From positions 109,244 through 173,243 of the forward strand of contig CAVXBV010000002.1 in NCBI GenBank assembly GCA_963760125.1: a DNA stretch of 64,000 nt, given 5' to 3'. A program made the position numbers and the translations under genes. A model generated the notes under the pieces. That model was not told where the DNA came from. It did not search any database and saw only the letters and a list, made by a program, of their open reading frames with translations. Below, piece after piece: positions 28,016 through 35,164 of this stretch (positions are counted from its first letter, which is position 1; every line of letters begins with the position of its first letter). The DNA is from an uncultured Actinomycetota bacterium. GTDB lineage: Bacteria; Actinomycetota; Actinomycetes; Mycobacteriales; SCTD01.

Positions 28016-28302
28016 GCGGGGTGGTCCAGCAGTGCGTGCAAGAGGTCGACCAGCGGGGCGAGGGTCGCGGGTCGGAGGTCGGCCTCGGCGGCGCGCGCCG
28101 ACCGGCAGATCTCGACCTCCCCGACCACCCAGGCGCTGCTGGCGAGCGTGTGCACGTCCCGTCGGACGTCCTCGAACGCGCCCCCGTCGACGAGCCGGGG
28201 CAGCCGGGTGCGGACCTCCCCGAGGAAGGCCTCACGCAGGTCGCGGGCGAGGTCGGTGTCGGTGAGGCTGGGGCGCTGCACCTGCACCCCCACGACCCTC
28301 AC
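28012..28302 (-). CDS. Stand-alone Hpt-like (histidine phosphotransfer) domain protein, 96 aa
   Basis: LREAFLGEVRTRLPRLVDGGAFEDVRRDVHTLASSAWVVGEVEI resembles the Hpt helix pair with the H-x-L-(K)-(G)-S-A site. ATGA overlap with cheB. The exact GTG start is uncertain. Confidence 0.55.
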   Translation of the reverse strand: MRVVGVQVQRPSLTDTDLARDLREAFLGEVRTRLPRLVDGGAFEDVRRDVHTLASSAWVVGEVEICRSARAAEADLRPATLAPLVDLLHALLDHPA

Positions 28303-28372
28303 GGCCCAGAACTGCTCCAGGCGCCTGGTGTGGTGTCGTCCCGAACCTGCCCGTGCTTGAGCGACGGACCGG

Positions 28373-28990
28373 TCAGGAACGCAACCGGAAGACCGCTCCG
28401 TCCACCTTCAGCGTCCCGACCCGGCCGGCCACCCGGTAGGTCCCTGCCTTCGCGGTCTCCTTGGCTCCCTCGCAGCCCGGCCGGGACCGCACCCCCGGCC
28501 AGGTCTTGACGACGGCCTGGGTCGCTCCGGGGGCCAGTGTCGTGAGCGCCTTGGCTGTCGAGGGGTTGCAGTCGTCGCTGGCCCAGATCCGGTCGCTGCC
28601 GCTGGTCACGAGCAGCTCGACCACACCCGCCCCCAGGTCGCGCCGGCACGCGGTCGCCGAGGTGTTCTTGACGACCATGGTGATCTTCGGGGTGGCGCCG
28701 AGGGCGTAGGTCTCGCTGTCGGTGGTGGTCGTCAGCGACAGCGCGCCGTCCGGGCACAGGGCCGCGGTCGCCGGCGGGGCCGGGGCGGCCGAGGGGGAGG
28801 GCGCCGACGCGGCGGACGGGGACACCGAGGGCGTGGCAGCGGGGGTCGGGGTGCCGGAGGTCGGAGTCGGCGATCCGCCGCCGGTGCACGACCGGGCCAC
28901 CAGCAGGAGCACGAGCACCCCCACCAGCAGGGCGGCCCGACGCCACCAGTACGTCTGGGCCGGCAACGGGCCCACCGGGTGCATGACCAT
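28373..28990 (-). CDS. Membrane-anchored secreted beta-rich protein with 4 Cys (position and look of M. tuberculosis Rv3587c-type protein)
   Basis: N-terminal TM helix, S/P/T/A linker, then C...C / C...C pairs (LCPDGALSL...NTSATACRRDLG...SDDCNP...RPGCEG). Confidence 0.55.
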   Translation of the reverse strand: MVMHPVGPLPAQTYWWRRAALLVGVLVLLLVARSCTGGGSPTPTSGTPTPAATPSVSPSAASAPSPSAAPAPPATAALCPDGALSLTTTTDSETYALGATPKITMVVKNTSATACRRDLGAGVVELLVTSGSDRIWASDDCNPSTAKALTTLAPGATQAVVKTWPGVRSRPGCEGAKETAKAGTYRVAGRVGTLKVDGAVFRLRS

Positions 28991-29042
28991 CCCTTCGACC
29001 CTAGACCCCCCGCCCGCACGCGGGTGGCAGGATCACCGAGCC

Positions 29043-29966
29043 ATGTCACCACGCGCGTCCCCCCGAGAGCCGTCCCGAGAGCCGTCCCCAGGCCCGTCTC
29101 CAGAGCCCACCTGGCTGCCGACCCTGGTCGGCTGGTACGCCCAGCACGCCCGGGACCTGCCGTGGCGCTCGGCCAGGACGACGCCGTATCAGGTGCTGGT
29201 CTCCGAGGTGATGCTCCAGCAGACGCCCGTGGCGCGCGTCGTCCCGGCGTACCTCGCCTGGCTCGAGCGCTGGCCGACCGCGGCCGCGCTGGCGCAGGCG
29301 CCCTCGGGGGAGGCGGTGCGCCAGTGGGGACGGCTGGGCTACCCGCGGCGCGCGCTGCGGCTGCACGCCGCGTGCACCGACGTCCTCACGCGGTACGGCG
29401 GGGAGCTCCCCGTCACGGTCGCGGAGCTGCTCACCCTGCCGGGCGTCGGCGACTACACCGCGCGGGCCGTGGCGGCCTTCGCCCTGGGGCAGCGGGTGCC
29501 CGTGGTCGACACCAACGTGCGCCGGGTCGTCGCCCGGCTGGTCGAAGGGGCCGCCGACGCGCCGGTCACCCGGCGCGACCTCGCCCTCGTGGAAGCACTG
29601 CTTCCGCCGGCCCCCCGGGACGCCGCGACGGCTTCGATCGCCCTCATGGAGCTCGGAGCGTTGGTCTGCACGGCCAGGTCACCGCGGTGCTCGAGCTGTC
29701 CGGTCCTCGACGCGTGTGCGTGGCAGCGCGCGGGCGCGCCGGCGCTCGACGCCCCCGTCCGGCGACCCCAGGGCTACGCCGGCACCGATCGCCAGGTCCG
29801 CGGCCGGCTGCTCGGGGTGCTGCGGGACAGCACGGACCCGGTGCCGGCTGACGTCCTGGCGCAGGTGGGCGGTGATCCGGTGCAGCGGGCGCGGGCGCTC
29901 GACGGCCTGGTGGCCGACGGCCTGGTGGATCCGCGGCCGGACGGGACCTACGCGCTGCCGGGGTGA
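29043..29966 (+). CDS. mutY: A/G-specific adenine DNA glycosylase MutY
   Basis: LPWRSARTTPYQVLVSEVMLQQT, the HhH-GPD motif LPGVGDYTARAV and the 4Fe-4S loop CTARSPRCSSCPVLDAC. Confidence 0.92.
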   Translation: MSPRASPREPSREPSPGPSPEPTWLPTLVGWYAQHARDLPWRSARTTPYQVLVSEVMLQQTPVARVVPAYLAWLERWPTAAALAQAPSGEAVRQWGRLGYPRRALRLHAACTDVLTRYGGELPVTVAELLTLPGVGDYTARAVAAFALGQRVPVVDTNVRRVVARLVEGAADAPVTRRDLALVEALLPPAPRDAATASIALMELGALVCTARSPRCSSCPVLDACAWQRAGAPALDAPVRRPQGYAGTDRQVRGRLLGVLRDSTDPVPADVLAQVGGDPVQRARALDGLVADGLVDPRPDGTYALPG

Positions 29967-30319
29967 GCGAGCATCGTGCGGATCGTCGCGACCAGGTCGA
30001 CCAGGTGGTCCTTGCGGAGGTAGCCGTCGATCGACGGCTCGCGGACGGCCGACTCGGCCAGGTCCAACGCGGTGCACAGCAGGACGACGACGGAGGGGGC
30101 GGCCGCCTTCATCGTGGGAGCCGCCTGCAGCCCGGTCATCGCGCCCTCGAGCTGGTTGTCCAGCAGCACCAGGTCGGGCTGCTCGGCGCGCACCAGGGCA
30201 ATCCCGTCTTCGGCGCTGACGGCGCTCCCGACCAGCTCGAGGTCGGGCTCGGTGGACAGCAAGATCTCCACGACGGCGCGGATCATCGCGTCGTCCTCCA
30301 CCAGCACCACACGGGTCAC
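29948..30319 (-). CDS. Stand-alone receiver (CheY-like) response regulator, 123 aa
   Basis: VVLVEDD...DLVLLDNQL...VVLLCTA...GYLRKD (the DD / D / T / K set). GTG overlaps the kinase stop codon (GTGA). The 3' end overlaps the mutY 3' end by 19 nt. Confidence 0.85.
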   Translation of the reverse strand: MTRVVLVEDDAMIRAVVEILLSTEPDLELVGSAVSAEDGIALVRAEQPDLVLLDNQLEGAMTGLQAAPTMKAAAPSVVVLLCTALDLAESAVREPSIDGYLRKDHLVDLVATIRTMLAHPGSA

Positions 30320-31887
30320 TCGGGCACCGTAGCCGGGAACGTCACCCAGAAGGTCGCGCCCTCGCCGACCCGTGAGCTCACGCCCAGCGTGCCGCCGTGG
30401 GCCACCACGAGTCGCTTCACGATCGACAGGCCGAGGCCGAACCCGGGGACCTGCCGAGCCCGTGAGCTGTCGGTGCGGGTCCACCGCTCGAACAACGCCG
30501 CCTGCTCGGCCTCGGCGATGCCCGGTCCCTCGTCCCGCACGTCGAGGCGCACCTGGCCACCCTCGGCGCGCACGCTCACCACCACGGGGCGATCCGGCGC
30601 CCCGTGCTTGACGGCGTTGCCCACCAGGTTGTCCAGGACCTCGCGCACCATCTCCGGGTCCCCCGCGAGCACCTGCGGACTGCCCGCCTCGCGCACGATG
30701 TCCACGGCGTCCTTGCCGGCCACCGCCTCGACGTCGCGTCGGACGGCCTCCAGCAAGCCGTCGATCTCCACCACCTGCCAGCGGGGCAGCACACCGGCCA
30801 GCGCGTGGCGCTCGTCGACCAGCAGGCGCTCCGCGAACGACTCGATGCGCGCGAAGGAGTGCGTGATCCCTTCCAGCGCCGCGCGGATCTGCTCGGGCGT
30901 CAGCTGGTCGAGCTTGCCGTGCAGGAGCTGGGCGTAGCCCTTGCCCGCGCCCAGCGGCGTCCTGATGTCGTGACGGGCCGTGTCGACAATCTCTTGCCGG
31001 AGCAGCTCCTCCTCGCGGGCGCGCTCTGCCTGCTGCGCCCAGCGGACCGCCGCCCCGACGTGCGCCGCGAGGTCGACCAGCAGCTGCTCGTCGACCTCGT
31101 CGAACGCCCGCTCGCCCGGGCTGTTCGCCACGGCCAGCTCACCGAGGACCTGCGTACCCCCCAGGATCGGCACGGCGAGCAGCGGCCCGATCGGCGGGTG
31201 GACCCCCGGCAGTCCGACACCTGCCGGGTGGCCCCGGATGTCGTCGAGGCGCGCCGGGACCCGCGACGTGACCGGCACGGCCAGCAGACCGACCATGCGG
31301 GGGTTGCGCTGCGGAAAAAGGTGTCGCGGGGCGTCGTACACGAAGTGGCTGATCTCGGTCGGCGACCCGGGCCGCAGCAGGACGAGGGCGCTGTACGCCG
31401 CACCGGTGAGCTGCTTGGCCTCGGTCGCGAGCACCTGGAGGACGGAGGCGACGGACGGGGGCTCGCCGAGCAGCGACCGGCCGAGCTCGGCGATGCGCCG
31501 CAGGCCCTCGGCGTGGCGGACGGCCGTCGTGACGTCGCGCAGGATGATCGCCTGCAGCGGACCGATGTCGCGGCGCAGCACATCGACGACCCCCAGCGGT
31601 CGGAGGTCGAGCCGGGTCATCCCCTCGGTGGGCAGGGCCAGCAGCGCGTCGAGGTCGACGATCTCGCCGACCGCCGCGCCCTCGACGCCGAACATCAGAT
31701 TCGCCGCGGGGTTGGTGACCAGCACCTGCCCGTCAGCAAGAACGACGACCGCGTCCGGGGTGGCCTCGAACAGCTCCCCGATCGCCCCCGCCATGATCGG
31801 GCTCGGCGCCTCCGGTGCCGCGGGGGTCGGGGCTACCGGAGGGGACGTGCTGTCGTCCCCGGGAGCCATGGAGGGGACGCTACCCAC
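30316..31887 (-). CDS. Cytoplasmic PAS-GAF sensor histidine kinase (HisKA + HATPase_c)
   Basis: PAS (ATPDAVVVLADGQVLVTNPAANLMFG), GAF (...GELAVANSPGERAFDEVDEQLL), H-box ARHDIRTPL, N/G boxes NLVGNAVKH and GFGLGLSIV. No TM helices. Start is GTG 31887 or ATG 31869. Confidence 0.88.
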   Translation of the reverse strand: MGSVPSMAPGDDSTSPPVAPTPAAPEAPSPIMAGAIGELFEATPDAVVVLADGQVLVTNPAANLMFGVEGAAVGEIVDLDALLALPTEGMTRLDLRPLGVVDVLRRDIGPLQAIILRDVTTAVRHAEGLRRIAELGRSLLGEPPSVASVLQVLATEAKQLTGAAYSALVLLRPGSPTEISHFVYDAPRHLFPQRNPRMVGLLAVPVTSRVPARLDDIRGHPAGVGLPGVHPPIGPLLAVPILGGTQVLGELAVANSPGERAFDEVDEQLLVDLAAHVGAAVRWAQQAERAREEELLRQEIVDTARHDIRTPLGAGKGYAQLLHGKLDQLTPEQIRAALEGITHSFARIESFAERLLVDERHALAGVLPRWQVVEIDGLLEAVRRDVEAVAGKDAVDIVREAGSPQVLAGDPEMVREVLDNLVGNAVKHGAPDRPVVVSVRAEGGQVRLDVRDEGPGIAEAEQAALFERWTRTDSSRARQVPGFGLGLSIVKRLVVAHGGTLGVSSRVGEGATFWVTFPATVPE

Positions 31888-31910
31888 ATCCGTGGCTCCC
31901 GAGGCGCGGA

Positions 31911-34457
31911 TCAGCTGGTGGGTTCGGCGTCGGCAGGTCCGTCGGCCGTCCCGGCCATGTCGACCGGCGGCACGTCCGGCACCGTCTCGGGCTTGGGCTC
32001 ACCGCGGAAGGTGAACCGCTGCTCGTCGGCGCCTTCCCCACCCGGCGTCCCCTCGACGTCGACCACGACGATCTGGCCGGCCTTGAGGGTGCCGAACAGG
32101 ATCTGCTCCGACAGGTTGTCCTCGATGTCGCGCTGGATGGTGCGGCGCAGGGGACGGGCACCGAGCACGGGGTCGTAGCCCTTCTTGGCGAGCAGCAGCT
32201 TCGCCGGGGTGGTGACCTCCAGGCCCATGTCCTTGATCTTCAGCTGCCCGTCGACGCGGTTCAGCATGAGATCGACGATCGTGATGATCTCGTCCTCGGA
32301 CAGCTGGTGGAACACCACGATGTCGTCGATGCGGTTGAGGAACTCGGGCCGGAAGTGCTGCTTGAGCTCCTCCTGCACCTTGGTCTTCATCCGCTCGTAG
32401 GCGCCGATCTTGTCGTTGTCCTTCTGGAACCCGAGGTTGAAGCCCTTGCCGATGTCGCGGGTACCGAGGTTGGACGTCATGATCAGGACGGTGTTCTTGA
32501 AGTCCACGATGCGGCCCTGGGAGTCGGTCAGGCGACCGTCCTCCAGGATCTGCAGGAGCGTGTTGAACACGTCGGGGTGCGCCTTCTCGACCTCGTCGAA
32601 CAGCACCACGGAGAAGGGCTTGCGCCGCACCTTCTCGGTGAGCTGGCCGCCCTCGTCGTACCCGACGTAGCCGGGAGGCGAGCCGACCAGGCGGCTGACC
32701 GTGTGCTTCTCCATGAACTCGCTCATGTCGAGCGTGATGAGACTGTCCTCGTCGCCGAACAGGAACTCCGCGAGCGTCTTGGCGAGCTCGGTCTTCCCGA
32801 CACCGGACGGGCCCGCGAAGATGAAAGAACCACCCGGGCGCTTGGGGTCCTTGAGCCCGGCGCGGGTACGGCGGATGGCCTGGCTGACGGCCTTGATCGC
32901 CTGCTCCTGGCCGATGACGCGCTTGTGGAGCTCGTCCTCCATGCGCAGCAGACGGGCAGTCTCCTCCTCGGTCAGCTTGAACACCGGGATGCCGGTCCAG
33001 ATGGCGAGGACCTCGGCGATCTGCTCGTCGTCGACCTCGGCGACGACGTCCATGTCGCCGGCCTTCCACTCCTTCTCGCGGGTGGCCTTCTCCGCCAGCA
33101 GGGTCTTCTCCTTGTCGCGGAGCGACGCGGCCTTCTCGAAGTCCTGCGCGTCGATCGCGGACTCCTTGTCCCGGCGGACGCCGGCGATGCGCTCGTCGAA
33201 CTCACGCAGGTCCGGCGGCGCGGTCATCCGACGGATGCGCATGCGTGCGCCCGCCTCATCGATGAGGTCGATCGCCTTGTCCGGCAGGAACCGGTCGCTG
33301 ATGTAGCGGTCGGCGAGCGTCGCCGCGGCGACGAGGGCCGCGTCCGTGATGGAGATGCGGTGGTGCGCCTCGTAGCGGTCGCGCAGGCCCTTGAGGATCT
33401 CGATCGTGTGGGCCAGCGTGGGCTCACCGACCTGGATCGGCTGGAAGCGCCGCTCCAGCGCCGCGTCCTTCTCGAGGTGCTTGCGGTACTCGTCCAGGGT
33501 CGTCGCCCCGATGGTCTGCAGCTCGCCGCGGGCCAGCATCGGCTTGAGGATGCTGGCGGCGTCGATCGCGCCTTCGGCGGCGCCCGCGCCGACGAGGGTG
33601 TGCAGCTCGTCGATGAACAAGATGATGTCGCCGCGGGTGCGGATCTCCTTGAGGACCTTCTTCAACCGCTCCTCGAAGTCACCGCGGTAGCGGCTACCGG
33701 CCACGAGCGCGCCCAGGTCGAGGGTGTAGAGCTGCTTGTCCTTGAGGGTCTCGGGGACCTCGCCCTTGACGATGGCCTGCGCGAGCCCCTCGACGACGGC
33801 GGTCTTGCCGACGCCGGGCTCACCGATGAGGACCGGGTTGTTCTTGGTACGGCGGGACAGCACCTGCATGACCCGCTCGACTTCCTTCTCGCGCCCGATG
33901 ACCGGGTCGAGCTTGGACTCGCGCGCGGCCTGCGTGAGGTTGCGGCCGAACTGGTCGAGCACCAGGGAGGTGGAGGGCGTGCCCTCGGCCGGGCCGCCTG
34001 CGGCGGCCGGCTCCTTGCCCTGGTAGCCGGACAGCAGCTGGATGACCTGCTGGCGCACCCGGTTGAGGTCGGCGCCGAGCTTGACGAGCACCTGCGCGGC
34101 GACGCCCTCGCCCTCGCGGATCAGGCCGAGCAGGATGTGCTCGGTCCCGATGTAGTTGTGGCCGAGCTGCAGCGCCTCGCGCAGGCTCAGCTCGAGGACC
34201 TTCTTCGCACGGGGCGTGAAGGGGATGTGACCGGAGGGTGCCTGCTGGCCCTGTCCGATGATCTCCTCGACCTGCGAGCGGACGCCTTCCAAGGAGATGC
34301 CGAGGGACTCGAGGGCCTTGGCGGCGACGCCCTCGCCCTCGTGGATGAGGCCGAGCAGGATGTGCTCGGTCCCGATGTAGTTGTGGTTGAGCATCCTGGC
34401 CTCTTCTTGCGCCAGGACGACCACCCTGCGGGCCCGGTCGGTGAACCTCTCGAACAT
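31911..34457 (-). CDS. clpC: ATP-dependent Clp protease ATP-binding subunit ClpC1
   Basis: [37 protein letters not shown]..., two AAA modules ([18 protein letters not shown]). GAGGAG SD lies before ATG 34457. Confidence 0.97.
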   Translation of the reverse strand: MFERFTDRARRVVVLAQEEARMLNHNYIGTEHILLGLIHEGEGVAAKALESLGISLEGVRSQVEEIIGQGQQAPSGHIPFTPRAKKVLELSLREALQLGHNYIGTEHILLGLIREGEGVAAQVLVKLGADLNRVRQQVIQLLSGYQGKEPAAAGGPAEGTPSTSLVLDQFGRNLTQAARESKLDPVIGREKEVERVMQVLSRRTKNNPVLIGEPGVGKTAVVEGLAQAIVKGEVPETLKDKQLYTLDLGALVAGSRYRGDFEERLKKVLKEIRTRGDIILFIDELHTLVGAGAAEGAIDAASILKPMLARGELQTIGATTLDEYRKHLEKDAALERRFQPIQVGEPTLAHTIEILKGLRDRYEAHHRISITDAALVAAATLADRYISDRFLPDKAIDLIDEAGARMRIRRMTAPPDLREFDERIAGVRRDKESAIDAQDFEKAASLRDKEKTLLAEKATREKEWKAGDMDVVAEVDDEQIAEVLAIWTGIPVFKLTEEETARLLRMEDELHKRVIGQEQAIKAVSQAIRRTRAGLKDPKRPGGSFIFAGPSGVGKTELAKTLAEFLFGDEDSLITLDMSEFMEKHTVSRLVGSPPGYVGYDEGGQLTEKVRRKPFSVVLFDEVEKAHPDVFNTLLQILEDGRLTDSQGRIVDFKNTVLIMTSNLGTRDIGKGFNLGFQKDNDKIGAYERMKTKVQEELKQHFRPEFLNRIDDIVVFHQLSEDEIITIVDLMLNRVDGQLKIKDMGLEVTTPAKLLLAKKGYDPVLGARPLRRTIQRDIEDNLSEQILFGTLKAGQIVVVDVEGTPGGEGADEQRFTFRGEPKPETVPDVPPVDMAGTADGPADAEPTS

Positions 34458-34482
34458 GTCCAACTCCTCACGGGGCGGGCCG

Positions 34483-34504
34483 CACCGAACCCAGTGGTTC
34501 GGTG
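34483..34504 (-). other. Perfect 9-bp hairpin in the clpC 5' leader
   Basis: CACCGAACC-ACTG-GGTTCGGTG on the minus strand, about 25 nt upstream of the clpC start. Confidence 0.4.
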
Positions 34505-34634
34505 ACTCCACCCTGACACTAACGCCGTACGACGGATCGGGAAGCCCGACCACGAAGATCGGCCGTCACCGGGGACAACAGGCGTTCGCGCGCAAGCCTT
34601 CCTGCGGTTCGTTCTGCTGGTGGCGAACAGCACG

Positions 34635-34664
34635 ACGGCCCGTCCCGGGTGCGGGACGGGCCGT
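34635..34664 (-). terminator. Stem-loop terminator after lsr2
   Basis: CGGCCCGTCCC-GGGTGC-GGGACGGGCCG, about 65 nt after the lsr2 stop codon. Confidence 0.65.
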
Positions 34665-34726
34665 GCGGTCAGGTGCTTCGCGGGTCGCGTTCCCCGTCAA
34701 GGAGCGGGGTCCGTCAGTCAGCGGCG

Positions 34727-35074
34727 TCAGTGGGCGGCGTCGTACGCCTCGGTGACCGCGGCGGACAACCGGCCGCGCTCGCTCACCTGGTGGCCGTTCG
34801 CGCGGGCCCACTCGCGGATCTCGGTGACCCGCTCGTTACCGCCCTTGGCCGCCTTCGCGCGAGGCTTGCGGCTCGCTGCCGCCGCCGGCGCGCGCCCGGC
34901 CCGCCGGGCCGCCCCGACGTACGGCGCGAAGCCGTCACGCAGCTGCGCCCCGTGCTCGGCGCAGACGTCGATCTCGTACGTCGAGCCGTCGAGCGAGAAC
35001 GCGATGGTCTCCTCGCCCTCCACCTCGTCGTCGTGCAGGTCGCACACGAGCAGGACTTGCACCTTTTGCGCCAT
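34727..35074 (-). CDS. lsr2: Lsr2 nucleoid-associated protein (H-NS-like xenogeneic silencer)
   Basis: MAQKVQVLLVCDLHDDEVEGEETIAFSLDGSTYEIDVCAEH...IREWARANGHQVSERGRL. Confidence 0.95.
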   Translation of the reverse strand: MAQKVQVLLVCDLHDDEVEGEETIAFSLDGSTYEIDVCAEHGAQLRDGFAPYVGAARRAGRAPAAAASRKPRAKAAKGGNERVTEIREWARANGHQVSERGRLSAAVTEAYDAAH

Positions 35075-35164
35075 GACAGAAACTCCCGGAATAGGCCGTC
35101 AGCATTTTCGGGCGGGTCCGGAAAGTAAACCTGAAATGCCGCGAAAATTCAAAGTTCGGCGCGC
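35075..35164 (-). promoter_or_regulatory. AT-rich lsr2 upstream region (likely promoter, possible Lsr2 autoregulation site)
   Basis: About 50% GC by eye in a genome above 70% GC (…GAATTTTCGCGGCATTTCAGGTTTACTTTCC…). GGGAG SD lies 9 nt before the ATG. Confidence 0.45.

Noticed and set aside
34458-34635. A ClgR-type operator (CGC-N5-GCG core) in the clpC leader.
   Set aside because: There are several GTTCGC/GCGAAC-like words (for example GCGTTCGCGCGCAAGC, GGCGAACAG), but none fits the consensus spacing I recall. Only a 9-bp hairpin and the lsr2 terminator are solid.
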